Source: Octopus vulgaris
Taxonomy: Eukaryota
Assembly: GCA_951406725.2 (NCBI GenBank)
Contig: OX597825.1
Location: 14,694,001-14,758,000, forward strand
Length of the DNA stretch: 64,000 nucleotides
Direction of reading: 5' to 3'
Within the stretch, counting starts at the first letter, position 1, and each line of letters opens with the position of its first letter. A program made the position numbers and the translations under genes. Below the pieces are notes generated by a model. It did not search any database. It had not been told where the DNA came from and saw only the letters and a list, made by a program, of their open reading frames with translations. Positions 26,783 through 39,733 of the stretch are shown here, piece after piece.

Positions 26783-27345
26783 CACAGGCGTGGCTGTGTG
26801 GTAAGGAGCTTGCTTTCCAACCGTGTGATTATGGGTTCAGTCCCACTGCGTAGTACGTTCGGAAAATGCTTTCTATTTAGCCTCGGGCCGACCAAAGCAT
26901 TGTGAATGGATTTGGTTGGAGGGAACTGAAAGAATCCTGTTGTATATATATATGCGTGTGTTTTTGTGTCTGTGTTTGCCCGCCCCCCCCTCCCCCACCA
27001 TCGCTTGACAACTGATGTTTGTGTGCTTACGTCCCCGTAACATAGCTGAAGCATTGTATCTCTCTTCCTGGTCATGAATGTAATGACAATGTAATTGATG
27101 GTCGCCTTTTTCTCTTGTAGGCTATAGGTGTTAAAGAACTCACACGGTCTATATATTTTTATATATATATATATATATATATACAGCTGTGGCTGTAAGG
27201 TAAGAGGTTCGCTTCCCAATCACTTCGTTCTGCGTTGTGTGCTACCACATGGCACTTTGGCACGAAATTTCATTATAGACTTGGGCTGACCAAAACCCCT
27301 TGAATGGAAGTGGTAGACGGAAACACAAAGAAGCCTGTCGTACAT
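26783..27345 (+). mobile_element. Two partial SINE family B copies (about 26783-27045 and 27185-27345)
   Basis: gtggctgtgtggtaag heads and aagaa(t/g)cctgt body ends. Confidence 0.75.
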
Positions 27346-28557
27346 ATATATCTATATTTTATATATACATATTTATATATATGTGTGAGCATGTATGTAT
27401 GTATGCATGGATATTTATGTATGAAAGTTTTCGTGTGTACTTTGGGGATACAAAATATGTGAAATTAAAAGCGCAAAGTAATTCGACAGTAGTATTACCA
27501 ATACCTGTATGTTTGACACGCATATATCAATCGCGAGATGTGTGTAAAAGGGAGAATATGAAGGAATGTGAGCACCAGAGACAATGGAATAGACTGGGAA
27601 AAAGACTAAACGAATAAGAGAAAGAAAATAAAGGAAAGAGGAAACGCCAAAGAGAAAAGAACGAAATATAATTTATTTGCAGACAAACACTCAACATTAT
27701 GGAGAATAATGGAATGAACAAACGGTTGTCTGGAGGCGAGATCAGGTGTTATACAAAATATTAAGAAATATTGTGTGAGACAGGAATGTAACATGTTATA
27801 GCCAAAAGTGTTATGAGATTGTTGCGTATAAAGATAACAAATTTGGAGGAATACATGATTGCTACGTACATAAAAAATATATGGCACGATCGAAATAGTT
27901 AAATAACATTTATGATAAATTTCGAGCTGTTTAATTTGTCTTTTTTTAAGCACCTAAATTTAGATATTAAATGGAAAGCATTGAATCAAAAGGAGAGCTT
28001 TGCATCAAAAGGAAAGCATTAGACCCCAAAAAAAAACATAGGCTATATTTGACGGTTGTGAGTTCGATATACATATACTTCTGAGAAATTAGGAATATTC
28101 TATCATCGAGATTTTTTCAACAAACACGGTTAACAATTTGCCGTTTTGTAATTCTTCAGAAAATAAATCTTTGCATACAAGATCATTTATTCAAATCATT
28201 ACCACACTGGCAGGGTATTACTAAATTTTAACAGGAATATAAATCACAGTATAATGGTGAATTATATATGATTTTGCATTATCAAATATTACTAATTTGA
28301 ATTGCTATTACAGTAATTAATCTCGCAGTATCATGTATCTTTTCATCGATATACTTCTTCCTTAATAATCATGTCTCCCATGATAGAATCGATCAAATTT
28401 GTATGTCCAAATAAATTTAGATATCTATGGTGACATGTAACATATTCATACTTGTATCTGCATGTATATATACTTATATATATATATATATATAGATAGA
28501 TACAGAGAGAGAGACAGAGATTGTGAGAGATTTACATATACATGCATATAGATACAC

Positions 28558-28610
<53 letters not shown>

Positions 28611-29381
28611 TACACACATATTGCGTGCTATATACGAGGTTAAAAAGGAAAATTATTTTCTAAGCAATGTCCGAGTCTCTATTTGCTGTCCGGCAATGTT
28701 TATTCAGACGCATTTTGTGATGTCGCGACTGAACCTGAATCCGTGTTGTTGGGAAGCAAATTTCTGACAGCCACACAACACACATACCTGACACAAGCGT
28801 TAATATGTATACAGATAACGTATTCAACCATTCACTCAGAAGATACAGTTCTTTAAAACTGTATTTGCTTATGTTATGCGAATATTCCATTAAAGATACG
28901 GAATAAGATACCTTCTTATTTGTCAGCTGATGTTTCGTTAATCGCTTTTAACTATATATTACCATAGATATTATCTAAAGTCGTAGATGTACGCGTGATT
29001 ATATTTTCGCTGTGATAAATATCACAGTATTACATTATGCCATCGCAATCTACTCAGGTGAGAAAATACAATATGGTATTATTTCTTAGATTAGTAAAAT
29101 GCTATTATCATTAAAGATTTTGTTTCTCGGAATGGTGAGGCTATGAATATGGTTTGAAGATCAAATTTTGTTAGTGGTATATAATATAGGTGTTAATTTA
29201 TATGAAACACTCTAAGCTTGTTTCTGTTTATTACCTGTGAACCTCAGTTGTATTACTTGTTTATGACTTCATTTGGACGTCATTATTAATACAGTTCCAT
29301 ATTTAAGAGATGAGGAATTATGTACACTATTTACATTATTTACACTCGACATATATATTTGTCCTCTTATTGTTTGTTGTT

Positions 29382-29427
29382 AATACAACGTTTCGGCTGA
29401 TATACCATCCAGCCTTCTTCTGGTGTC
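29382..29427 (-). ncRNA. Minimal hammerhead motif (core CAGAAGA, U4 mutated)
   Basis: Minus strand: gacac-CAGAAGA-a-ggctg-N10-cagcc-GAAAC-GTT-gtatt. Confidence 0.6.
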
Positions 29428-29495
29428 TTGGGGAAATTTCGAACCTGGGTTCTCATTCCTATGGTATTTTTCGATGTTATATCATTATTATTATG

Positions 29496-29542
<47 letters not shown>

Positions 29543-29605
29543 CATTATTATTATTATTATTGTTCAGATCACTGCTTGGTATTGATTCCAAGCAGTGACA
29601 TGAAC

Positions 29606-29663
<58 letters not shown>

Positions 29664-29710
29664 TCGAAGATTACCTTAGGAATGAGAACCCAGGTTTGAA
29701 ATTTCCCCAA

Positions 29711-29756
29711 GACACCTGAGGAAGGCTGGAGGGTATATCAGCCGAAACATTGTGTT
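29711..29756 (+). ncRNA. Minimal type-I hammerhead motif (core CTGAGGA...GAAA intact)
   Basis: gacac-CTGAGGA-a-ggctg-N10-cagcc-GAAAC-ATT-gtgtt; stem I gacac/gtgtt, 5-bp stem II. Confidence 0.7.
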
Positions 29757-30221
29757 AACTACAAACAAAATGAGGACAAATATCCATCGAATGTAAATAA
29801 AGTAAATGATGTAAATAATGTCATAATTGATATTTTAAAGTTGAATATTTTATCGGTATTTCATAACTGATTACACATATAAGGCTAACATAGTATTGTT
29901 TATGTTGTCAAGACATATCTGTATAAAATGCCCTGGTTAGTCATTCTGTATTCGTGCGTTTCTCCCCCTCCCTCACAGTGTGTGGTTATGCGTATGCATT
30001 TACATACGTAACTTTTTGTATAGACCAGTGTAACATAACTTCCACTCACAGTAAATACACATGTAGGGAAATAATTTGTTTAACGATATTTTTCACTAAA
30101 ATGAATTGAAAGAAGCGCTCCAGCAAGGCCGTAGTAAAATTGCAAAAACAGCCGTAAAGAAAGAAATCACAATGATAGACACGTTCTTATGATGATATCA
30201 CAATTCTCAATCAACTCATTA

Positions 30222-30604
30222 TCTCTCTCTATATAAACGGCAGTTTGTCTGTGCGTGTTTCTGTGTGTCTGTTTGCTTGTACCCTCACCCTGACCACGGC
30301 TTTCAACCGATTCTGATGAAACTTGACACACACATAGCCCAATGTCATAATTCAAAACTAACGCAGCGAAAATTTTGAAAAGTTCCCCCAGTTCTGAAAA
30401 AAATCGATAAATTCGACATGGGGTCGAGAATCAGAAACACAAACCGCAAACTGTCTAGGGGACGCAACTCCACCTTTGTTAACTAAAAATAAAATTTACC
30501 ATAATTTTTTTCCATTTTTTTGCTATTTTTTGGCTATAACTCTCTAAAAATGCTTTATAGTTATTTCCCTTACAAACCTGAGCAACACCGGGCGATACTG
30601 CTAG
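30222..30604 (+). mobile_element. Non-autonomous Helitron
   Basis: A|TC start (tctctctctatataaa), internal caaccgattctgatgaaactt motif, 3' hairpin cctg.gcaac.ccggg, CTAG|T end, no TSD. Confidence 0.8.
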
Positions 30605-30878
30605 TCTCATCTATACGCATGATTGTACGTTGATTTTAAGCTGCAACATTTTTGGTGATCATTCGATAAACAAGGCGTTACTTGATTGCAGCCCTTCAGG
30701 GAATACTTTTGAATTAGACGCTGGAATTACACCTTGCAATCTCTATTTTATTCAATTCGTCCATTAGTACAAATTGTCGAAGCTGTTAATTTTAACCAGG
30801 ATACAGAACAATCGTTTACAATAACATTCAAAATGTTCGTGCCGCTCACCTTCATTATTGTTAGGATAATATAATGGA

Positions 30879-31226
30879 GTGTGGAGGCCCAATGGCCCAG
30901 TGGGGCCCAGACCGGGCGTTGTGAGTGTTTATTGAGCGAAAACACCTAAAAGCTCCACGAGGCTCCGGCAGGGCTGGTGGTGATCCCTGTTGTACTCTTT
31001 CACCACAACTTTCTCTCACTCTTACTTCCTGTTTCTGTTGTACATGTATTTCAAAGGGCCGGCCCTGTCACTCTCTGTGTCACGCTGAATATCCCCGAGA
31101 ACTACGTTAAGGGTACACGTTTCTGTGGAGTGCTCAGCCACTTACACGTTAATTTCACGAGCAGGTTGTTCCGTTGATTCGGATCAACCGGAACCCTCAT
31201 CGTCGTAACCGACGGAGTGCTTCCAT
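30879..31226 (+). mobile_element. SINE family D (tail type 1) with a deletion in the tRNA head
   Basis: TSD ataatgga; body and tail match the reverse complement of 25629-25974. Confidence 0.88.
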
Positions 31227-31620
31227 TCATAATGGAATGCAGAAATTTGTGAGGGATTTTGCGTTATTTACAAATTTATTTCTTGATAAATATATATTTG
31301 TGTAGCTGTTTATCATATTACTATAATTATACATAAATTAAAATAACTCATACTTAGAAATGAATATAATCCAAGCAAGGCAATAAGGAATATTGTTTTC
31401 TGTTCAGAGATGAGAGAATGGCCAACGTTTCGACCAGGTTATTTCATTTAGCATTTTTGCTTTCTTGCTAATTCGAATTGAAACTTACTGCTTTCTCTTT
31501 CACAAATTTCTTGTATTTGATTGTAAGATATGTTGTATTGTTTATAAGACATATGCATTGCAAGGAATATTCAAATTTTGGAATCTGGATGTCATTACTG
31601 TAATGATTCTCAGAACAATC

Positions 31621-32226
31621 TAAGGTGGCGAGCTGGCAGAAACGTTAGCATGCCGGGCGAAATGAGTAGCCGTATTTCGTATGCCGTTACGTTCTGAGTT
31701 CAAATTCCGCCGAGGTCGACTTTGCCTTTCATCCTTTCGGGGTCGATAAATTAAGTACCAGTTACACACTGGGGTCAATGTAATCGACTTAATCCCTTTG
31801 CCTGTCCTTGTTTTTCCCCTCTGTGTTTAGCCTCTTGTGGGTACTAAAGAATTTGGTAATTCATCTGCCGCTACGTTTTGACTTCAAATTCCGCCGAGTT
31901 CGACTTTGCCTTTCATCCTTTCGGGGTCGATTAAATAAGTACCAGTTACACACTGGGGTCAATGTAATCGACTTAATCCCTTTGCCTGTCCTTGTTTTTC
32001 CCCTCTGTGTTTAGCCTCTTGTGGGTACTAAAGAATTTGGTAATTCATCTGCCGCTACGTTTTGACTTCAAATTCCGCCGAGTTCGACTTTGCCTTTCAT
32101 CCTTTCGGGGTCGATTAAATAAGTACCAGTTACGCACTGGGGTCGATATAATCGACTTAATCCGTTGTTTGTCTGTTCTTGTTTGTCCCCTCTGTATTTA
32201 GCCCCTTGTGGGTAGTAAAAAAATAG
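31621..32226 (+). mobile_element. SINE family A trimer (one head plus three 184-bp units)
   Basis: Units offset by 184 bp (ORF starts 31808 and 31992 with identical translation). Confidence 0.9.
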
Positions 32227-33165
32227 ATTTTCAGAATGATCAACATCGTCGCCATAATTGACAATACCTACCCCAATAGCACAAACACAATCGCCACATC
32301 ACGGCTATCACCATCTTCACAATAACCACCATTTTCCTATCTATAATTTTCATTGCGACGATGAATAAAGACATTGCGGAGCATATTGTTATTTACTCTT
32401 AAATTTCAAATATAACTATTGAAAGCAATGCTAATCTGATTCAATCATAACTGCTAGCCTAATCTACGTCAGCATCCAAAAGCGTTTATCAAATTCAGTT
32501 GCCACCTATCTCAAAATACCTCGTTTAGAACATTAGAAGGTATCTCAGACAATCAGTTCGTTACTGCTACCGAGCAATGTTTACACCCGAAATATTATAT
32601 TACCATAACGCACTCTGTGCTTATTTATTATTATTATTATAACAAAACAGTTCGTATCGATAGCAGTATTTCTAGTTCTAGTTATGCCCACTAACATTGT
32701 ATGAATGCTGTAAATGTTCTGTTCATGGACTCCTAGTGCAGCAATCTGCTATGCTGAAGTTCTAATTGGTGCATTATTGGTGCATTATTAAGTATGATGT
32801 GCCAAGAAAGATGAACGAACGAAAGCCACATATTCCATTGCGAATAATAATTGTGCCGAGAGAAAGACGTTTTATATGTTTACACAATCCGTGCAATTTT
32901 CCATGAATCTTTTATTTGTACACGTACAAACATACATACATATATATATACATACGTACATACATACGTATATACATGCAAAGACACACAGCTATATCTA
33001 TGCATATTCATATACATACAAATAGATCTATGCACATATACATACATATGTATATATGTATACATACATATGCATATATGTATACATACATATGCATATA
33101 TGTATACATACATATGCATATATGTATACATACATATGTATATATATATACATACATATGTATAT

Positions 33166-33233
<68 letters not shown>

Positions 33234-33988
33234 TTCAGGAGGGTCATTACGCGAATAATAAACGAGCACACTGATTTTGTTTTACTTCTTTAATATTTCT
33301 TCAATCTGTTAAGTATTTAACTAATTTACCATTAGATTATGTTTGTCAAATTCCTTCTGTTGTTATTTGCTCCTCTTCAATAATATTTACCTCCACGCCA
33401 AATCAAAACTGAAAAATAATTACAGAATTGGTGAGAAGCCCATTGTAGACTAAAGTGTGTTTTTAATACCTCAAGTGTACAGTATTTTAGCGTTCCTTCA
33501 ATGACAAGCAAAACTCCAGGTGAAGCAATCTCAAAACACAAACATCATATTCTTCACGCATACTCCTAACCCATCTCTTTTAAAAGAGACATCATGCTTG
33601 GAAGCATACAAAAGTATGTTTCTCTTTGTACTTTAAATTAATCCAATGTGCATAGATTACTTCAATGAAAAGCATGAATATGCTTAAACCTCATCATTAT
33701 ATAATAACTTCTCCGGAATTCATTTTTTACAGTTTACGGAGTAAATACACAACGCCGATATTGTGTGTATAATATGCGGTAACATTGGAATTCCATTGTA
33801 ACTGTTGTGAGATTACGGTGAAAAGAAAATTCTCAATATATTCGATGAAAAAATATCTTTAGATATTGTTTGATTTTTTTGTGCATCTTCTGTGTAAAAG
33901 AACAAATTTCAAGCATGAAAGAATAAGTAATGTTTTTCAGTATATATACACTGAAACGTTTCATAAATATATATATATATATATATAT

Positions 33989-34208
33989 ACCGGAGTAAAC
34001 ACATAAATGTGAAACAAGGTGGAAAAAAGAGTACTCAAATACCAGTGGTAGAGTAATATGCTTTATTTTAAGCAGCAGAAAATTCAACAAAATCTGTTAC
34101 TCTGAGTTTCTCATTGCCGTTCATCAGACAGTTTTAACTGTCTGATGAACGGCAACGAGAAACTCAGAGTAACATATTTTGTTGAATTTTCTGCTGCTTA
34201 AAATAAAG

Positions 34209-34213
<5 letters not shown>
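33989..34213. mobile_element. Asymmetric palindromic element (78-bp arms) with hammerhead-like cores, between (TA)n tracts
   Basis: 34056-34133 is the reverse complement of 34136-34213 (about 3 mismatches); CTGATGA at 34142-34148, GAAA at 34159-34162, CTC triplet; left arm extends about 65 bp further. Confidence 0.75.
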
Positions 34214-34264
<51 letters not shown>

Positions 34265-35271
34265 TTCTACGAGAGCCTGTTTACCGTCTTCTCCTCACTG
34301 AGGTTCTGGTTGGGTTGACTGCTCGAGTTGTTCAGCCAGATGAGGAGGTATCTCGAGAATTTGGGGACTAGTTGAGACCATACTCAAAGAACCACTCGGG
34401 AGGACGCAATAAAAGACCGACAACTTGTGAATACAGCAACCCGCAGCAACGATGAACGCCCCCAACATATATATAATATATTTAAATATACGTACATATA
34501 TATATAAATTGGTGTACATATCTATACAAAAATGAGGTGAACGCAGCTTGTATCAATCATTCAAACAACTATTTACTCTATCCTATTCCATTTATGTGAA
34601 ATGGAGTCAAAGTGTGAACTCACCGCCTACACAAATGATGCCCTTGGGAGAAATCTTGTCTTTGTTTAGCATTATGGCAACCAGAAGAAACATTTTAGAT
34701 TTTATGTGCATACAATGGCTACCTTTCTTTTTATAGTTATACGCGTTTTAGAGCTTGTGGGTATCTCTTCATAAGTGTTTCGTCAATTTAAAAAGCTTCA
34801 ATTTTAACATCACTATCAACATATTCATTAATTCCTGCATTCTATGGCGGGCCATTCAGTGACAAATTATATGATTTAATGAAGTTATACGTGTCAGAAT
34901 CGGTAATAGGCTCAATGAATAGTTGTTGCGGGGAGCGTCCATCAATACCACATTTTTATGTTTGAAAATAAGTGCAGGTCTCCCGCAGGAGTGAGAAGCC
35001 ACATCCGTGATATTCATATTTCAGAGAACAATCAAGTGAAGGCATTGCGCGAAATCATGCTACATCCTCCATAATTATACGTGTGTTTGTTTGTGAGTGT
35101 GTGTGTGTACGTGTTTGTAATGATGCCTGCAGTAATATACACACATAGACACGCACATATACGCACATATAATGAGGTGATAATATACTCTTAGCTATCA
35201 CCACATTCAAATTCTTGATTATATACAAACATACATGCATATATATATATACATATATATATATAAATTTC

Positions 35272-35502
35272 AATAATGAGGGTGATAAATTGAATATTAA
35301 TTCAATTAACGTAAGTAAAATCGTTAATGACGAAACCTGTCTACGATTAATTCTTTATTTTGTATATTTTTATCTGCCTTACCCGCTTAGGTTCTGGTGT
35401 TTGCTGAATTTCTCTAGAGAACATTAATTTTTTTGTGGTTAGATCGTAGGTGGTCTTCTTCTAGCATAATGGATGTCCACTTAGTGGTCATCGCCCCTTA
35501 TA
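35272..35502 (+). mobile_element. Short element between (TA)n tracts with an eroded hammerhead-like remnant
   Basis: Start aatgagggtga.aaattga is shared with about 743; aatcgt..GAAAcctGTC.acgatt at 35319-35348. Confidence 0.4.
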
Positions 35503-35522
35503 CGCATATATATACGCATACA

Positions 35523-35565
<43 letters not shown>

Positions 35566-36044
35566 TACGCCTTGGTTCGCACGTGTTTCTATGTATGCAT
35601 TAACATTGCAGTGTATAAGCCTATGTTTTTGCCTGTGTGCCTATCTTTTAATCAATATCTCAGCTTTTCTCTATTGTCGATATGCATCTATTTGTATTGC
35701 GTGGATTCGAAAATTTAATTGGAAGTAAAATTTTAATTTTGTTGATTCATTTAATGTTATGACCAAAAATTAATTGAAGATTATGAATTAATGATTAAGA
35801 ATGTAAGAATTAAGTAAACATACAACATTATCAGAAAATTAAAAATCTAATGAGAATAATTTACAAATGAATTGCCGAGAATTTAGGAGATTGTGGCAAG
35901 GTCATACTGTAGGTGTAATTGAAGGGAATATAAAAAAAATTATCTAATCTTCTCTGCACTTCACCAAATAGAGAGCAAACAATTATATTATAAGGTGCAG
36001 GATTGTATGAATGCCTGCCTAAAGATATAACTGTTACTCTTTTT

Positions 36045-36456
36045 CTCTTTTACTCTTTTACTTGTTTCAGTCATTTTGATTGCGGCCATGCTGGAGCACC
36101 GCCTTTAGTCGAGCAAATCGACCCCGGGACTTATTCTTTGTAAGCCCAGAGCTTATTCTATCGGTCTCTTTTGCCGAACCGCTAAGTAACGGGGACGTAA
36201 ACACACCAGCATCGGTTGTCAAGCAATGCTAGGGGGACAAACACAGACACAAAAACACACACACACACATATACATATATATATACATATATACGACAGG
36301 CTTCTTTCAGTTTCCGTCTACCAAATCCACTCACAAGGCATTGGTCGGCCCGGGGCTATAGCAGAAGACACTTGCCCAAGATGCCACGCAGTGGGACTGA
36401 ACCCGGAACCATGTGGTTGGTTAGCAAGCTACTTACCAGACAGCCACTCCTGCGCC
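36045..36456 (-). mobile_element. SINE family B, full length
   Basis: Reverse complement of 14410-14820. Confidence 0.9.
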
Positions 36457-36512
36457 TGTTAGCGTAAGTTTGTGTGTATAAATTGTAAAAATTTAAAAAA
36501 TTCTGTGTATAT

Positions 36513-36831
36513 TTTTATTCATTTATGCGCCCTTTTCCAAGCCTAGCCAGTCTCATGAGCCCGGTTTCCCGGTTTCTGTGGCGTGTGTGTTCCCCCCAGC
36601 TAGACGGGACGCCCAATCCATCGCAGCGTTGCTCAAGAAACAGGAAGAGAGAGTGAGAGTAAGTTGGGGCAAAATAGTACAACAGGGTCGCCACCACCTT
36701 CTGCGGGAGCCTTGTTGAGCTTTTATGTGTTTTCGCTCAATAAACACACACAACGCCCGGTTTGGGAATCGAAACCGCGATCCTCCGACCGCGAGTCCGC
36801 TGCCCTAACCACTGGGCCATTGCTCCTCCAC
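36513..36831 (-). mobile_element. SINE family D (tail type 2)
   Basis: 12-bp TSD ttctgtgtatat (36501-36512 and 36832-36843); complete tRNA-like head; different 3' half from type 1. Confidence 0.88.
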
Positions 36832-37817
36832 TTCTGTGTATATATACATATGAATATGCGATCAAGTATATTTGTGTTTGTCATATTCTTATGTTAAGTG
36901 TTAATCTAAGTCACTACAATATATATTCTGCTCCGAAACATAGATTCACGCCAGCATACACTCACATACAAGCGTTTGTTTGTTTGTTTGTATGTATGTA
37001 TGTATGTATGTATGTATGTATGTATGTATGTATGTATGTATGTATGTATGTATGTATGTATGTATGTATGCATGCATTCATGCATGCGTGTATCTGTGTT
37101 TGAGGATGAAACGAAAAATGTGCTACGGTGACTCAGAATGGATGGATGTTTGGGCTGAGTGGGTAACTGGGTAACTGGATGCGGGCGAGTGAAAAGGGTT
37201 CGATGGTAAGATGACTGTGGAGAAAAGGAATATTAAGGTGGTGAGCTGGCAGAATCATCAGCATCGCGAACAAACTATTTTACGACATTAATTTCTGTAT
37301 GTTCTGAGTTGAGATTCTGGCGCTGTCATTCATGGCATTTCTGAACAATAGGATTTTGTGTTGGTAAAGGGGACGTACTTGGGCTCATAATATAAGTAAC
37401 ATTCATGAATAATGAAATGTTAAACACCATCTTTTGGAGGCTTAAGTAGGAACATAGCAAGTAATGATGTCAGTGCGCTAGCTAAAGTTTTACAAAATTT
37501 CATGTGGGATTAACTCTATTCGGACAAAGAGGTTTGTGGCTTTGATGGTTGAAAAATGTATAGATTAGCTGCTGTGGTATAGTCTGCCTTTCATTGCTGT
37601 GTTCCGAGTTGTTGGTTAATTGTATATTGATATGGTTAATAAGCGCGATATGTCTCTCAGGGATCGATTCGATATACTGCGATTGTAACACACAAATTCG
37701 CTTAAACTTCAGTGTCCAGTTCAAGACGAATTCATTCATAACGCTGAGTTCGGCGAAAGAGGTTTTCTAATGTAAGAAAAGTAATTCAAAAGGAACAAAA
37801 TCAGCAATTTATATATT

Positions 37818-38228
37818 CTTTTCTACTCTAGGAACAAGGCCCGAAATTTTGGGGTAGTTGGGGCCAGTCGATTGGTACTTAATATATCGGGCTCGAAAGG
37901 ATGAAAGGCAAAGCCGACCTCGGCATAATTTGAACTCAGAACGTAAAGGCAGACAAAATACTGATAAGTATTACGCATGGCAAGTTAACGTTTCTTATTT
38001 CTTTATTGCCCAGAAGGGGCTAAACAAAGAGGGGACAAACAAGGACAGACAAACGGATTAAGTCGATTACATCGACCCCAGTGCGTAACTGGTACTTAAT
38101 TTATCGACCCCGAAAGAATGACAGGCAAAGTTGACCTCGGCGCAATTTGAACTCAGAACGTAGCGGCAGACGAAATACTGCTTAGCATTTTGCCCGGCGT
38201 GTTAACATTTCTATCAGCTCGCCGCCTT
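37818..38228 (-). mobile_element. SINE family A dimer
   Basis: Two cores; flanking near-direct repeat tcag(c/a)aatttatatatt. Confidence 0.88.
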
Positions 38229-38737
38229 TTCAGAAATTTATATATTAAAGACTTAGTTCATTATACCGTACGCGTTTATTAATGTTATTTCCTTTCCGTT
38301 ACAAACTGTAGTATTTCGATCACTCGCAGATACATATTCTTGCATATACTAATCTATGTATTGTGACTGAGCGCGCGTACTCCCGCTTATGTTATGTCAG
38401 TTTCTTTAATTTCGTTCTGAACAGATCAGGCGACTACGATTCAGATATTCTCACAAAGTGAAACTTTAATGGGGGCCAGTTCTTCCGTTTACTCTAGTAA
38501 CAGGATTAAAGGAATCAATAGAACGAAAAACAAACATTCTGCTAGAAAAGCTTTAAAACAAGCATTCATTCTTTAAAACCACAGCATTTTAAAAAGGTTA
38601 CAACACGAAATTCATTACAGTTATAAACAAGGTATTAATACAATAATTACCCAAAAGGTGGCGCCCCTTCATGACCGCGGTGAAATGACTGAAAGAAGTA
38701 AAATAATAAAAGATTAAAGAGAATAATCTCTATATAT

Positions 38738-38950
38738 TACGATGTAGGGGGATGAAAATTCCTGGTTTAGGGTAAAAGGGAATAGAAGAGGATTAGTTAA
38801 TTATGATTTTATTCACCATATTCCCCTCTCACATTCACTTATTGCAGTGATCCCTCAGTTTTCCTTTAAACGAATTCGAAAGGTTTAGCCTCCATCCAGG
38901 TCTTTCGCGAAACCCCTAAAACCAGGAATTTTCAGGTCCTCCCCATGCGA
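38738..38950 (-). mobile_element. Mariner-derived MITE
   Basis: Inverted repeats tgaaaattcctggttt / aaaccaggaattttca; internal homology to 54478-54650. Confidence 0.7.
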
Positions 38951-39163
38951 GGCAATACGTTATATATCAAAATAATCAGTTCAGGTTTGTTTGAAAATAA
39001 GACATTTTCATCTAATTTTCGTTGGGTGGGAGCTGTTCAGTGTTACAATAATTCACTGGAGAATTAAGGCAATGGAAAATTACAAGAAGACGTTGATGCG
39101 CGTAAGTAAATCACCCTGATCATGATTTCGGACTGAGGTTGATTAATATAATCGTTCATATTC

Positions 39164-39733
39164 CTTTCAAATTTTGATACACATCCAGTAATTTAGAGAT
39201 TGAGAATAATTCGATTACATTGATCTCAGTGCCCAACTTGTATACACTTTGCCGACCCTGAAATAATGAATGGTTAATTTGCCCTCGACGGAATTTGAAC
39301 ACAGAACGTGAAGATAGACGAAATACCTATTTCTTTAGTACCCACAAGGGGCTAAACACAGGGAGGACAAACAAGGACAGACAAATGGAGTATGACGATT
39401 ATATCGACCCCAGTGCGTAACTGGTATTTATTTAATCGACCCCGAGAGGATGAAAGGCAAAGTCGACCTCGGCGGATTTGGACTTAGAACGTGAAGACAG
39501 TCGAAATACTTATTTCTTTACTACCCACAAGGGGCTAAACACAGAGAGGACAAACAAGGACAGAAAAACGGATTAAGTCGATTATATCGACCCCAGTGCG
39601 AAACTAGTACTTAATTTATCGACCTTGAAATGATGATCGACCTCGGCGGAATTTGAACTCAGAACGTAACGGTAGTCGAAATACGGCTACGCATTTCGCC
39701 CAGCGTGCTAACGTTTCTGCCAGCTCGCTGCCC
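39164..39733 (-). mobile_element. SINE family A trimer
   Basis: Three cores; degenerate TSD taatataatc.ttc.tatt. Confidence 0.88.

Larger units (their letters stand above)
29300..29828. mobile_element. Head-to-head inverted pair of family H (SINE-like, hammerhead-bearing) elements
   Basis: Symmetry centre near 29583 (tcactgcttgg/ccaagcagtga), then (TTA)n/(TAA)n and mirrored ccccaagacac..ggctg..cagccgaaac..gaggacaaatat; homologous to 3801-4113. Confidence 0.85.

Noticed and set aside
30308-30330. ctgatgaaac as a hammerhead core
   Set aside because: No stem II or separate GAAA box; it is the common internal Helitron motif accgatt.tgatgaaa
34265-34468. Possible solo LTR end (aataaa..caaca); similar at about 23730-23963
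   Set aside because: No matching TG start, TSD, second copy or primer-binding site visible
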